Shown in pieces: positions 31,645 through 42,262 of a stretch of DNA of 64,000 nt. The stretch covers positions 9,456-73,455 of the forward strand of contig CAMNCY010000001.1 of NCBI GenBank assembly GCA_946534785.1, given 5' to 3'. The notes beneath the pieces are model-generated. The model was given only the letters and a program-made list of their open reading frames with translations, ran no database searches and was not told the origin of the DNA. Made by a program: the position numbers and the translations under genes. This stretch comes from an uncultured Lachnospiraceae bacterium. GTDB lineage: Bacteria > Bacillota > Clostridia > Lachnospirales > Lachnospiraceae. Position 1 is the stretch's first letter. Every line of letters begins with the position of its first letter.

Positions 31645-32712
31645 ATGGCAGCATTATTTGAAATCAGAGAGAAGATCATTACCGCCTGCCGGCAGTACGA
31701 GAGCCTGCTCATGACAGCCGTAAGGTTTCTGGCGGTGTTGCTTGCAACGATGTATATCAACGGCAGGATCGGCTATATGGACACCCTTACCAGTCCGCTG
31801 CTCATGCTGATCATTGCCCTCATCGGCACGCTGATACCGGGAAATGTCACGGTGGCGATCCTTGCCGTGATCGTACTTCTGCACCTCTATACCCTCGCCA
31901 TGGAAGCGGCAGCCGTCGGAGCGGTGCTGTTCCTTCTGATCCTGCTCCTGTACTATCGCTTTTCCCCGAAGGATTCCATGCTGATGCTCCTGTATCCCGC
32001 ATCCTTCACCCTGGGCATTCCCTATGTGATGCCGATCGCGGGCGGACTCCTGTATTCGGCCGGCTCGGCGCTGACCTGCGTAGTGGCGATCGTTTTCAAC
32101 AGCTTTATCAGTTTTGTCGCAGATAACGAGAAGACCCTCGGACAGGTCTCCGAAGAGGCGGACATCATCGGAAGGTTCCGTTTTCTGATCGACGGGATCA
32201 TGCAGAATAAGGGCATGATCGTCATGGCGGCCGCAGCCGCAGTCACGGCACTGGTCGTTTACCTGATCCGCAGGCTCGCCGTACGCTATGCATGGTACAT
32301 CGCGATCGCCGTAGGTGCGATCCTGCAGCTGATCATCCTTCTTGTGGGCGATATGTCCTTCAATATAGGTCTTTCCGTCGGCAGGATCTTTGCAGGCGTT
32401 CTCATTTCGGTCCTGATCGCGGCCGTCCTGGGATTCTTCCTCTTCAACCTTGATTATTCCAGGATCGAGAATACCCAGTTTGAGGATGACGATTATTATT
32501 ACTATGTCAAAGCCGTTCCCAAGATCACGGTGAAAGAGGCAAAACGGACCGTCAAGAAAATCAGCATGTCCCGTCATACGCCCCGTAAAAAGCCGGCGGA
32601 GACGCCCGTGGCCGGACGCCCGGAGCCCGAGGATGAGTACGATGACGGATACGGGGATTTCGGCGACGACTATTTTGCAGATTCTTCCATGGAATTCTAC
32701 AGCGAAGACTAG
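31645..32712 (+). CDS. Hypothetical polytopic membrane protein
   Basis: RBS AAGGAG; roughly 9-10 hydrophobic segments; cytoplasmic tail LDYSRIENTQFEDDDYYYYVKAVPK. Confidence 0.8.
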   Translation: MAALFEIREKIITACRQYESLLMTAVRFLAVLLATMYINGRIGYMDTLTSPLLMLIIALIGTLIPGNVTVAILAVIVLLHLYTLAMEAAAVGAVLFLLILLLYYRFSPKDSMLMLLYPASFTLGIPYVMPIAGGLLYSAGSALTCVVAIVFNSFISFVADNEKTLGQVSEEADIIGRFRFLIDGIMQNKGMIVMAAAAAVTALVVYLIRRLAVRYAWYIAIAVGAILQLIILLVGDMSFNIGLSVGRIFAGVLISVLIAAVLGFFLFNLDYSRIENTQFEDDDYYYYVKAVPKITVKEAKRTVKKISMSRHTPRKKPAETPVAGRPEPEDEYDDGYGDFGDDYFADSSMEFYSED

Positions 32713-32764
32713 ACCTGCACGCAGCGTATAACAGTACAGTTTATCAGGAAGAACCAGAGAGATT

Positions 32765-33625
32765 ATGCAGCAGTTCCCATCTGTAATAGCCAGATACCTG
32801 GGAAAACTTCATATGCCGATCCTGCGGTGGACAGATATCGTCGAGATACTGATCATCGCCTTTTTGGTGTATAACATTATCATCTGGATCCGCAACACCC
32901 GTGCGTGGGCGCTTCTCAAAGGCCTTGCGGTCATCCTGATCTTCGTTATCATAGCCGCTCTTTTCAATATGACGACGATCCTGTGGATGGTCCAGAACGT
33001 GGCCGGGATCGCGATCATAGCCCTTGTCATCATTCTGCAGCCCGAGCTCCGCAACGCCATGGAGGAGCTGGGGCAGAAGAATATCTTAAGTTCCATTTTC
33101 CGCTTCGATATCAATTCCGCCGACGGCGGCAGGTTCACTGACAAGACGGTCGGTGAGATCGTCCGTGCATCTGTGAGTATGGGCAAGGTCAGGACCGGCG
33201 CGCTGATCGTCATCGAACAGACTACGCCCCTGAACGAGTACGAAAGGACCGGCATTGAGATCGATGCGGTCGTCACCAGCCAGCTCCTGATCAATATTTT
33301 TGAAAAGAATACGCCTCTGCATGATGGAGCGGTCATCATCCGCGGGGACAGGGTAGTCTCTGCGACCTGTTATCTTCCTCTTTCGGACAACAAGCTGGAC
33401 AAGAACTTCGGCACCAGGCACAGGGCCGGTGTCGGTATTTCCGAGGTCTCGGATTCCATGACCATCATCGTTTCCGAGGAGACGGGACATATCAGTATCG
33501 CCTATAAGGGAGCGCTGGAGGAGAATGTGGATGCCGCGACCCTGAAAGAGAGACTGACGCTTCTCCAGGGAAAGCAGAACCAGGACGACCGGCACGGATT
33601 CATTCCATGGAAAGGCAGGGGCTGA
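32765..33625 (+). CDS. cdaA: Diadenylate cyclase CdaA
   Basis: 3 N-terminal TMs, HDGA and GTRHRA catalytic motifs, VSEETG; cdaA-cdaR-glmM order. Confidence 0.95.
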   Translation: MQQFPSVIARYLGKLHMPILRWTDIVEILIIAFLVYNIIIWIRNTRAWALLKGLAVILIFVIIAALFNMTTILWMVQNVAGIAIIALVIILQPELRNAMEELGQKNILSSIFRFDINSADGGRFTDKTVGEIVRASVSMGKVRTGALIVIEQTTPLNEYERTGIEIDAVVTSQLLINIFEKNTPLHDGAVIIRGDRVVSATCYLPLSDNKLDKNFGTRHRAGVGISEVSDSMTIIVSEETGHISIAYKGALEENVDAATLKERLTLLQGKQNQDDRHGFIPWKGRG

Positions 33626-33626
33626 T

Positions 33627-34946
33627 ATGAATATCAAAGGGTTGAACCTTTTCCATAATTTCAGTCTGAAGGTGCTGGCTTTCCTGATCGCAGTGGTCGC
33701 ATGGCTCGTCGTTACCAATGTGAACGACCCCATTTACTATATGCAGGTCAGCAATGTGCCGGTACGTCTTCTGCACACCAACCTGATCACGGACCAGGGA
33801 AATGTATATACGATCCTGGAAGGGGAGGTCATCCCCACCGTTACGGTCGCCGCGCACCGCTCGATCATCGATTCCCTGCAGGACGACAACATCATCGCGA
33901 CCGCGGACGTGGAAGACATGACCAGCGTCTATACCGTGGAGATCAAGCTTCACTCCACGAAGTTCGACAGCGAGATCGAATCCATTACCGGCAGCATCGA
34001 GAATGTCCGGCTGAGCATCGAAAAGAAGAAGACTTCGATGTTCACGCTTTCTACCTATACCAACGGAACGCCGGCTGACGGCTATGTCATCAGCTCGATC
34101 GCGCCGGACCAGAACCAGGTCCGCGTATCCGGTCCGGAATCGATCGTTTCCAGCGTTGCATCCGCGTCGGCCACGGTCGACGTATCGGGTGCTACCGGAT
34201 CCATCAGTACCTACTCGGATATCCGCCTTCTGGATAAGGACGGGAACCAGATCGACACGTCTGACCTGACGATGAATATTACTTCCGTAAAGGTCAGCGC
34301 GACTCTGCTGCCGGTCAAGACGGTACCGGTTTACGTTTCGATCACCGGGACACCGGCATCCGGACATCTCCAGAACGGCACAGTGACCGTGGATCCCGCA
34401 ACGGTGAGCATCATGGGCAGGAGCAGTGTCCTTGCGGGCATCGACAGTATCACGATCGCATCCAACGAGATCAATATTTCCAATTCGGATACCTCCTATG
34501 AGGCGGACGTGGACATCAGGAGCCACCTGCCCGAGGGCGTATCCCTGGCAAATTCCGAATTCGACGGAATCGTACACGTCAGGGTCGGCATCGAGGAGGC
34601 CGATGAGCAGGCGGTCGCCAAGGTCATACCGGACATCGAACTGCTGAACATCCCGGACGGATATTATGCGGAGATCCTTTCGGTCACGGACGGCATTACG
34701 GGAACGGCCAATTATGACAGGCCGGAATTCCGGATCGGCATTTCCGGACTGGCGGATGTGATCTCGAACCTGACTTCGGATATGGTCGCCCTTTCACTGG
34801 ACGTATCCGCAATGCAGCCTTCCGGACAGAACGACGGCGTTTTTACCGGAAATGTAAACGTGCTGCTGCCTGACGGAATGACCATGACAAATACACTGAC
34901 GGCACGGGTCAGGCTGACACAGCCTGTCTCGGACCAGGATAACTGA
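33627..34946 (+). CDS. cdaR: CdaR/YbbR-domain regulator
   Basis: [16 protein letters not shown] anchor and repeated YbbR beta domains. Confidence 0.88.
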   Translation: MNIKGLNLFHNFSLKVLAFLIAVVAWLVVTNVNDPIYYMQVSNVPVRLLHTNLITDQGNVYTILEGEVIPTVTVAAHRSIIDSLQDDNIIATADVEDMTSVYTVEIKLHSTKFDSEIESITGSIENVRLSIEKKKTSMFTLSTYTNGTPADGYVISSIAPDQNQVRVSGPESIVSSVASASATVDVSGATGSISTYSDIRLLDKDGNQIDTSDLTMNITSVKVSATLLPVKTVPVYVSITGTPASGHLQNGTVTVDPATVSIMGRSSVLAGIDSITIASNEINISNSDTSYEADVDIRSHLPEGVSLANSEFDGIVHVRVGIEEADEQAVAKVIPDIELLNIPDGYYAEILSVTDGITGTANYDRPEFRIGISGLADVISNLTSDMVALSLDVSAMQPSGQNDGVFTGNVNVLLPDGMTMTNTLTARVRLTQPVSDQDN

Positions 34947-34996
34947 TGCCGGCTGTCGGAAAGGCAGGCAGCATTGAAAGACACGGAGGAAAACAA

Positions 34997-36346
34997 ATGA
35001 GCAGAATGTTCGGAACCGACGGAGTAAGGGGCGTAGCCAACGATGAACTGACCGCCGGGCTTGCCATGCAGCTGGGACAGGCCGGTGCATATGTACTTTC
35101 GAAGGGAAGCAGCCACAGGCCCTGCATCATGGTCGGATGCGACACCAGACTTTCCGGCGACATGCTGGCCAATGCCCTGATGGCAGGCGCATGTTCGGTT
35201 GGCGCGAACGTCATCTATCTGGGGATCCTTCCCACACCCGCGGTCGCCTATCTTGCAAAGGTGCACCACGCGGATGCGGGCGTCGTGATCTCCGCTTCCC
35301 ATAACCCGATGGAATTCAACGGGATCAAGTTCTTCGACGGAGAGGGTTTCAAGCTTCCCGATGCCGTGGAGGATGAGATCGAAGCGGTGATCCGCAGCGA
35401 TATGGCAGGCGTTGACTTCCCCACGGGTGAGAACGTGGGACGTATTGAATACAGGATGGATGCCTACCGCGAATACATCGACCACGCGATCGAAACGATC
35501 CGTGTGGACCTGAACGGCGTAAAGCTCGTGGTCGATACGGCGGAAGGCGCTTCCTATATCACGAACGTGGAAGCGTTCCGCAAGCTGGGCGCGGAAGTCA
35601 TCCCGCTCCACAACGATCCGGACGGCATCAACATCAACCGGAACTGCGGATCGACCCATATGGAAGAGCTGCAGGCAGCGGTCATCCGCGAAAAGGCGGA
35701 TGCCGGACTTGCCTTTGACGGCGATGCGGACCGGTTCCTTGCCGTGGATGAGAACGGCGAGCTGGTCGACGGCGACAAGATCATGGCCATCGTCGGCAAT
35801 CACATGAAGGCCCAGGGAAAGCTGCATAATAATACAATCGTCGTAACGGTCATGAGCAACCTCGGCTTCTTCATCATGGGAAGCGAGAACGGCATCAACA
35901 TCGACAGGACAAAGGTCGGAGACCGCTATGTCCTGGAAAGGATGAAGGAAATCGATTCCAACCTCGGCGGCGAGCAGTCCGGACATATTATTTTCCTCGG
36001 GGAAAATACGACCGGCGACGGCCTGCTTTCGGCCCTCCACCTTCTCCAGGTCATGAAGGAGACGGGAAAACCTCTTTCCGAGCTTGCAACGATCATGAAG
36101 AAGTATCCCCAGTCCCTTGTGAACGCGAAGGTCGATAACAGCAAGAAGGAGCATTACACCGATTTTCCGGAAGTCGTTGCCAGGATCGAAGCGCTGGAGA
36201 AGGAATTTTCCGGAAAAGGCCGTGTCCTGATCCGTCCCTCCGGAACAGAGCCGCTCGTACGTGTCATGATCGAAGGAGAGGATCAGGAGGTCATCCAGAA
36301 GAAGGCCGAAGAGCTCGCTTCGTTTATTGAAAAAGTTATGGCATAA
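34997..36346 (+). CDS. glmM: Phosphoglucosamine mutase
   Basis: [34 protein letters not shown]. Confidence 0.96.
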   Translation: MSRMFGTDGVRGVANDELTAGLAMQLGQAGAYVLSKGSSHRPCIMVGCDTRLSGDMLANALMAGACSVGANVIYLGILPTPAVAYLAKVHHADAGVVISASHNPMEFNGIKFFDGEGFKLPDAVEDEIEAVIRSDMAGVDFPTGENVGRIEYRMDAYREYIDHAIETIRVDLNGVKLVVDTAEGASYITNVEAFRKLGAEVIPLHNDPDGININRNCGSTHMEELQAAVIREKADAGLAFDGDADRFLAVDENGELVDGDKIMAIVGNHMKAQGKLHNNTIVVTVMSNLGFFIMGSENGINIDRTKVGDRYVLERMKEIDSNLGGEQSGHIIFLGENTTGDGLLSALHLLQVMKETGKPLSELATIMKKYPQSLVNAKVDNSKKEHYTDFPEVVARIEALEKEFSGKGRVLIRPSGTEPLVRVMIEGEDQEVIQKKAEELASFIEKVMA

Positions 36347-36432
36347 ACTGCATAAATCTGTTAGTATATAAAAACAGGCTTCGAAAAAATGCCGAAGCCC
36401 ATGATGTTGATCGTAACAGGGTGTTAAGAATT

Positions 36433-36696
36433 ATGGTAAGCAAGAAAGTCACAATTAAAAATCCCACAGGCTTACACCTGAGACCGGCAGGCATCCTATG
36501 TAAGAGCGCCATGGAATTCAAGTCTTCCATTACGTTCACTTTTAAAGATACGACCGCAAATGCCAAGAGCGTTTTATCGGTTCTTGGCGCATGTGTGAAA
36601 TCCGGGGATGAGATCGAGCTGTTCTGTGACGGTGTAGACGAAGAGGAGGCGCTGGCCACTCTTGTATCGGCAATCGAGAGCGGTCTCGGAGAGTAA
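36433..36696 (+). CDS. HPr-family phosphocarrier (His15 and Ser46 both present)
   Basis: NPTGLHLRPA and NAKSVLSVL. Confidence 0.9.
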   Translation: MVSKKVTIKNPTGLHLRPAGILCKSAMEFKSSITFTFKDTTANAKSVLSVLGACVKSGDEIELFCDGVDEEEALATLVSAIESGLGE

Positions 36697-36715
36697 CAGA
36701 ATGAAATGACAGTAC

Positions 36716-36750
36716 GCCTGTCCGGATCGTATCCGGGCAGGCTTTTATAT
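36716..36750 (+). terminator. Intrinsic terminator after HPr
   Basis: GCCTGTCCGGAT/ATCCGGGCAGGC followed by TTTTAT. Confidence 0.75.
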
Positions 36751-36797
36751 TGCAGCGGTAAATGCCGGAAGACCGGCAAAACGGCGAGGAGGAAATC

Positions 36798-38510
36798 ATG
36801 TTAAATTATCAGCGTTACCAGAGGAACCCGGTAATGGATTATCCGGAAAGAGAATGGCCGAATAAGGAGATCATGAAGGCGCCTGTATGGTGCAGTGTGG
36901 ATCTTCGCGACGGAAACCAGGCCCTGATCGATCCCATGATCGTAAGCGAAAAGATCGAAATGTGGAACCTGCTGATGAAACTGGGGTTCAAGGAAGTGGA
37001 AGTGGGATTCCCCGCTGCCAGCCAGATCGAATATGATTTTCTCCGTCAGCTCATCGAGAGGAAGATGATCCCGGACGACGTTACGGTCCAGGTCCTTTCC
37101 CAGTGCAGGGAGGAGCAGATCGAGCGCACCTTTGAGTCCATCCGGGGCTGTAAGCAGGCCATCGTACATATTTACAATTCCACATCCACGCTCCAGAGAG
37201 ACGTTGTTTTCCACATGGACAAGGAGCAGATCAAGCAGATCGCGGTCCAGGGAACGAAGTGGGTGAAGGAGCGCGCCGCGAATTTCCCGGGCAAGATCAT
37301 TCTCGAGTATTCCCCGGAAAGCTTCACGGGCACGGAAATGGATTATGCCGTAGAGGTATGCACCGCGGTCCAGGAGGTCTGGCAGCCGACGAAGGAGAAC
37401 CCGATGATCATCAATCTTCCTTCCACGGTGGAAATGACGACACCCAACGTTTATGCGGACCAGATCGAGTACTGCAGCAAGCATTTCAAGGACCGGGATT
37501 CCATCATCCTGAGCATCCATCCCCACAATGACAGGGGTGAGGGCGTCGCGGCCGCGGAACTGGCCCTTCTTGCCGGCGCGGAAAGAGTGGAAGGAACGCT
37601 TCTGGGGAACGGTGAAAGGACCGGCAACGTCGATGTCCTGAATATTGCCTACAACATGTTCTCCCAGGGTATCGATCCGAAGCTTCATATTGAGGATATC
37701 AAGGAGATCATCGAAGTCTGCGAGCGCCTGACCAAGATGAAGGTCGATCCCCGGCACCCGTATGCGGGATCCCTTGTTTTCACTGCATTCTCCGGTTCCC
37801 ACCAGGATGCCATCAACAAGGGCGTGGCGGCCATGAAGAGCCGCGGCAGCGCTATCTGGCAGGTCCCGTACCTGCCCATCGATCCTTCGGATATCGGCCG
37901 TGTATACGAGCCGATCGTCAGGATCAACTCCCAGTCCGGAAAGGGCGGCGTTGCCTTTGTCATGGATACCTATTTCGGTTTCAAGCTTCCCAAGGCCATG
38001 CACAGGGAGTTCGCGGACGTCATCCAGAAGATCAGCGAAAAGGAAGGTGAGGTCAGCCCCGTCGAGATCATGCAGCAGTTCCGCAATGAGTATCTGGACA
38101 GGAAAGAGCCTCTTCACTTCCGCAAGCTGAAGATGGTAGATCTTTCGGAGCATTCGGATACGGAGGACCGGGTCAGCAAATTCGATACGGAGGTCACGAT
38201 CCGTTTCACGGATGCCGGCGTGGAGAAAGAATTCACGGCGATCGGAAACGGACCCCTGGATGCGGCAAGACGCGGCATTATGGAGAACCTCGGCTACAAT
38301 GTCAAGATCCTGGATTATGAGGAACATGCACTCCAGGCAGGTTCCGATTCCCAGGCGGCAGCTTACATTCACCTTCTGAACGCGGACACCGGAGAGGCCA
38401 CCTACGGCGTAGGCGTAAGCTCCAACATCACAAGGGCGTCTGTCAGGGCGGTATTCTCCGCCATGAACCGTCTCGGGCTGGGAAGCCGGGATTCGTCCTA
38501 TACATTCTGA
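36798..38510 (+). CDS. leuA: 2-isopropylmalate synthase (long, yeast/actinobacterial type)
   Basis: WCSVDLRDGNQAL, HPHNDRG, GNGERTGN, SGSHQDAI, GNGPLDA regulatory domain. Confidence 0.95.
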   Translation: MLNYQRYQRNPVMDYPEREWPNKEIMKAPVWCSVDLRDGNQALIDPMIVSEKIEMWNLLMKLGFKEVEVGFPAASQIEYDFLRQLIERKMIPDDVTVQVLSQCREEQIERTFESIRGCKQAIVHIYNSTSTLQRDVVFHMDKEQIKQIAVQGTKWVKERAANFPGKIILEYSPESFTGTEMDYAVEVCTAVQEVWQPTKENPMIINLPSTVEMTTPNVYADQIEYCSKHFKDRDSIILSIHPHNDRGEGVAAAELALLAGAERVEGTLLGNGERTGNVDVLNIAYNMFSQGIDPKLHIEDIKEIIEVCERLTKMKVDPRHPYAGSLVFTAFSGSHQDAINKGVAAMKSRGSAIWQVPYLPIDPSDIGRVYEPIVRINSQSGKGGVAFVMDTYFGFKLPKAMHREFADVIQKISEKEGEVSPVEIMQQFRNEYLDRKEPLHFRKLKMVDLSEHSDTEDRVSKFDTEVTIRFTDAGVEKEFTAIGNGPLDAARRGIMENLGYNVKILDYEEHALQAGSDSQAAAYIHLLNADTGEATYGVGVSSNITRASVRAVFSAMNRLGLGSRDSSYTF

Positions 38511-38603
38511 CAATGGGGAGCGGCTCCGGATCCGTTAAGGAAAAGGAGCCGCCCTTTTATGGTAAAAAGACGGCGTATCTGTGGGCTTCGGCACGCGCGG
38601 GCA

Positions 38604-38632
38604 TTGACAAAAGGCGGCGATTTTTTTACCAT
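38604..38632 (+). promoter_or_regulatory. sigma-A promoter of proS
   Basis: TTGACA-17 nt-TACCAT. Confidence 0.7.
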
Positions 38633-38680
38633 AAACTGATACGATTCCCTGCCAAGGCAGGTCATAAAGAGGAGAAAGAT

Positions 38681-40114
38681 ATGGCAGATCAGAAGAAGCT
38701 GGTGGCGGAGATCACATCCATGGATGAGGATTTCACACAGTGGTATACCGATGTTTGTACAAAAGCGGAATTGATAGCATATTCCCATATCAAAGGATTC
38801 ATGGTCATCAAGCCGGCCGGCTATGCTCTCTGGGAGGCGATCCAGAGCCATCTTGACGCCCGCTTCAAGGCAACAGGCGTCCAGAATGTCTATATGCCCC
38901 TTCTGATTCCGGAAAGCCTGCTCCGCAAGGAAGGCGAGCTGGTCAACGGTTTTGCACCGGAAGTCGCATGGGTCACTGCCGGCGGCGAAGAGGAGCTGAC
39001 GGAGCGCCTTTGCGTAAGGCCCACCTCGGAAACCCTTTTCTCGGATTTCTATAAAGATGATGTCCACTCCTACAGGGATCTTCCCAGGCTGTACAACCAG
39101 TGGTGCTCGGTAGTGCGCTGGGAGAAGGAGACAAGACCCTTCCTTCGTTCCAGGGAATTCCTCTGGCAGGAAGGCCATACGATCCACGCTACAAAGGAAG
39201 AGGCAGAAGAAAGAACGCTGCAGATGCTGGATGTCTACGCGGATTTCCTGGCGGAGGACATGGCGATCCCCACAGTAAAGGGCCGCAAGACCGATAAGGA
39301 GAAATTCGCAGGCGCGGAATCCACCTATACCATCGAAGCGCTGATGCATGACGGCCGTGCCCTGCAGAGCGGCACGAGCCATTTCTTCGGACAGAAATTC
39401 GCGGAAGCCTACGATATCACCTTTACGGATAAAGACAATAAGCTCAAGTATGTCTGGCAGACATCCTGGGGCATGACGACCAGAGTCATCGGCGCCATGA
39501 TCATGGTGCACGGCGACAACAGGGGTCTTGTGATCCCTCCGAAGATCGCGCCCGTACAGGTCTGCATCATCCCGATCCAGCAGAGGAAGGCAGGCGTACT
39601 GGACAAGGCATATGAGATGGCGGATATCCTGAAGGGATTCCGCGTCAAGGTCGACGATACGGACAAGAGCCCGGGCTTTAAGTATGCCGAACAGGAAATG
39701 CGCGGCATCCCGCTGCGTGTGGAGATCGGTCCCAGGGATCTTGAGAAGAACAGCTGCGTGATCGTAAGAAGGGATACTTCCGAAAAGATCGAGTGCGATA
39801 TCGACCGTCTTGCGGACAAGGTGGCGGAGCTCCTGCCCCGGATCCAGCAGGATATGTATGACAGGGCGCTCGCGCATATGCAGGCGCATACCTATCAGGC
39901 AGAGGATACCGAGACCTTTAAGAAGACATTTGAAGAAAAGACGGGCTTTGTCAAGGCCATGTGGTGCGGCAGCAGGGAGTGCGAGGAAAAGATCAAGGAG
40001 CTGTACGGCGTTACCTCCAGATGCATCCCCTATGAACAGGAAAAGATCGCGGACACCTGCGTCTGCTGCGGCAGGCCGGCCACGAAGATGGTCTACTGGG
40101 GCAAGGCATATTAA
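38681..40114 (+). CDS. proS: Prolyl-tRNA synthetase, archaeal/eukaryotic type (no editing insertion)
   Basis: VRPTSET, PFLRSREFLWQEGHT, QSGTSH, C-terminal Zn domain ending GKAY. Confidence 0.96.
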   Translation: MADQKKLVAEITSMDEDFTQWYTDVCTKAELIAYSHIKGFMVIKPAGYALWEAIQSHLDARFKATGVQNVYMPLLIPESLLRKEGELVNGFAPEVAWVTAGGEEELTERLCVRPTSETLFSDFYKDDVHSYRDLPRLYNQWCSVVRWEKETRPFLRSREFLWQEGHTIHATKEEAEERTLQMLDVYADFLAEDMAIPTVKGRKTDKEKFAGAESTYTIEALMHDGRALQSGTSHFFGQKFAEAYDITFTDKDNKLKYVWQTSWGMTTRVIGAMIMVHGDNRGLVIPPKIAPVQVCIIPIQQRKAGVLDKAYEMADILKGFRVKVDDTDKSPGFKYAEQEMRGIPLRVEIGPRDLEKNSCVIVRRDTSEKIECDIDRLADKVAELLPRIQQDMYDRALAHMQAHTYQAEDTETFKKTFEEKTGFVKAMWCGSRECEEKIKELYGVTSRCIPYEQEKIADTCVCCGRPATKMVYWGKAY

Positions 40115-40163
40115 GCATACTGAAGGACAGATGAGCCGGGCGGTATGAGTCGGAGGAAAATGT

Positions 40164-41513
40164 TTGAAGATCATACTTCCGGAAAAAGTAAACAGGATCC
40201 TGAAAAGGCTGCAGGATGCGGGCTATGAAGCCTACGCGGTCGGCGGATGCGTCCGGGACAGCCTTCTCGGGAGAACGCCCCACGACTGGGATATCACGAC
40301 GTCAGCGCTCCCGGAAGAGGTCAAGGAGCTCTTTGCGCGGACCATCGATACCGGCTTAAAGCACGGCACGGTTACGGTCCTTATGGACAGGGAACAGTTC
40401 GAGGTCACGACATACCGGATCGACGGCGCCTACGCGGACGGCAGGCACCCGGATAAGGTGACCTTTTCCCGTTCCCTTGAAGAAGACCTGAAAAGAAGGG
40501 ACTTTACGATCAACGCCATGGCATATAACGATGCCGATGGCGTTGTCGATCTCTTTGACGGCCTGGGCGATATCGAACGGAAACAGATCCGCGCGGTGGG
40601 CGAACCTTCCCGCCGTTTTGAAGAGGACGTTCTCCGCATCATGCGCGCCGTCCGTTTCTCGGCACAGCTGGGATATGAGATCGAAGGCAGAACGGAGGAA
40701 GCCATCCGCGATCACGCGCCGCAGCTTACGAAGATCAGTGCGGAAAGAATACGGGATGAGCTGATAAAGCTCCTCGTATCCCCCTGTCCGGAGAAGCTTG
40801 CGGATCTTTACAGGCTCGGCATTACAAAGGTCATCCTTCCGGAATTCGATGCCTGTATGGACTGCGACCAGGACAACCCCCATCATCAGTATTCCGTGGG
40901 GGAGCATATCATCCGGACCGTATGCGCGATCCGTCCGGATCCCGTGCTCCGGCTTACGATGCTGCTGCATGATATCGGAAAGCCTGTCTGCCTGACAACG
41001 GATGAGGACGGGATCGATCATTTCTACGGACATGACGCGGCAGGCGCGGAAATGGCGGACCGGATCCTGCGCAGGCTCAAGCTGGACAATCAGACGATCC
41101 GGACAGTGGTGCGGCTCGTCAGGTATCACGACATGGATATCCGTATGACCGGGGCCGGCGTAAGGAAGGCCGTATTTACCGTCGGAGAGGATGTTTTTCC
41201 CCTTCTTCTGGAGGTCATGCGGGCCGATGTGTCCGCCAAGTCGGAGGCGACCAGAATAAAGACAAACGGATACCTGGACGATATCCAGGCGATCTATGAT
41301 GAGATCCTGGAGCGGGGCGACTGCCTTGGCCAGAAGGACCTTGCGGTCAACGGGAAGGACCTGATTCTCTGCGGGGTAAAACCCGGGAGAGAGATGGGGG
41401 ATATTCTGGACCGGATGCTGCAGGATGTACTCCGGGAGCCTTCCCATAACAGCAGGGAGTACCTGCTGGGAACTTTTCTGCCCGGAGGGGCCGAAAAGCC
41501 CGAAAAACCTTGA
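40164..41513 (+). CDS. cca: CCA tRNA nucleotidyltransferase with HD domain
   Basis: VGGCVRD, DWDITT, DLKRRDFTINA, SAERI, LLHDIGK. Confidence 0.93.
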   Translation: MKIILPEKVNRILKRLQDAGYEAYAVGGCVRDSLLGRTPHDWDITTSALPEEVKELFARTIDTGLKHGTVTVLMDREQFEVTTYRIDGAYADGRHPDKVTFSRSLEEDLKRRDFTINAMAYNDADGVVDLFDGLGDIERKQIRAVGEPSRRFEEDVLRIMRAVRFSAQLGYEIEGRTEEAIRDHAPQLTKISAERIRDELIKLLVSPCPEKLADLYRLGITKVILPEFDACMDCDQDNPHHQYSVGEHIIRTVCAIRPDPVLRLTMLLHDIGKPVCLTTDEDGIDHFYGHDAAGAEMADRILRRLKLDNQTIRTVVRLVRYHDMDIRMTGAGVRKAVFTVGEDVFPLLLEVMRADVSAKSEATRIKTNGYLDDIQAIYDEILERGDCLGQKDLAVNGKDLILCGVKPGREMGDILDRMLQDVLREPSHNSREYLLGTFLPGGAEKPEKP

Positions 41514-41529
41514 AAAATGAGGATATTTC

Positions 41530-41558
41530 TTGACAAACAAAGTAAATACGCTTATAAA
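41530..41558 (+). promoter_or_regulatory. sigma-A promoter of hup
   Basis: TTGACA-17 nt-TATAAA. Confidence 0.75.
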
Positions 41559-41626
41559 TATTGATAGGTTATTTCTCTGGGATTTTGGGAAATAGAATTA
41601 TGTTAATTTATTCAGGAGGGAATAAT

Positions 41627-41899
41627 ATGAACAAGACCGAATTAGTAGCAGCTGTTGCTGAGGCAGCTGGGCTTTCCAAGAAGGACGCTGAAAAGGCTGT
41701 TAAGGCTTTTGTCGACACTGTAGCAGCAGAACTGAAGAAGGGCGAGAAGGTCCAGATCGTTGGCTTCGGCACATTCGAAGTTTCTGAGAGAGCAGCAAGA
41801 ACAGGCCGCAATCCTCACACTGGCGAGGCTATGGAGATCGCAGCTTCCAAGGCTCCTAAGTTCAAGGCTGGCAAGGCCCTGAAGGATGCCATCAACTAA
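41627..41899 (+). CDS. hup: DNA-binding protein HU
   Basis: [28 protein letters not shown]. Confidence 0.97.
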   Translation: MNKTELVAAVAEAAGLSKKDAEKAVKAFVDTVAAELKKGEKVQIVGFGTFEVSERAARTGRNPHTGEAMEIAASKAPKFKAGKALKDAIN

Positions 41900-42009
41900 T
41901 ATTGGTTGAACAGAAATAATCACCGGCCGGCGAGCATATGCTCACCGGCCGTTCGTTGTTTGTACGTGATAAGGCCAAAGAGCGGCCGGCGGAGCAGACG
42001 GGGAGTATT

Positions 42010-42249
42010 ATGCGACTGGATAAGTTCCTGAAGATCTCAAGACTCATAAAAAGAAGAACGGTGGCCAACGAAGCCTGTGACAACGGCAGGGTGACCCTGA
42101 ACGGGAAAGTGGCCCGCGCTTCGTCTCCGGTAAAGCCGGGCGATATCATCGGGATCACCTTCGGAGACCGTGAGGTCCGTGCGGAGGTCCTGGCCGTGGA
42201 AGAAGTGGTCAGGAAGAACGAAGCGGCAGAGCTTTTCCGATATCTGTGA
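42010..42249 (+). CDS. yabO: S4-domain RNA-binding protein YabO/RqcP
   Basis: MRLDKFLKISRLIKRRTVANEAC; follows hup. Confidence 0.92.
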   Translation: MRLDKFLKISRLIKRRTVANEACDNGRVTLNGKVARASSPVKPGDIIGITFGDREVRAEVLAVEEVVRKNEAAELFRYL

Positions 42250-42262
42250 AACGGAGCAGATC

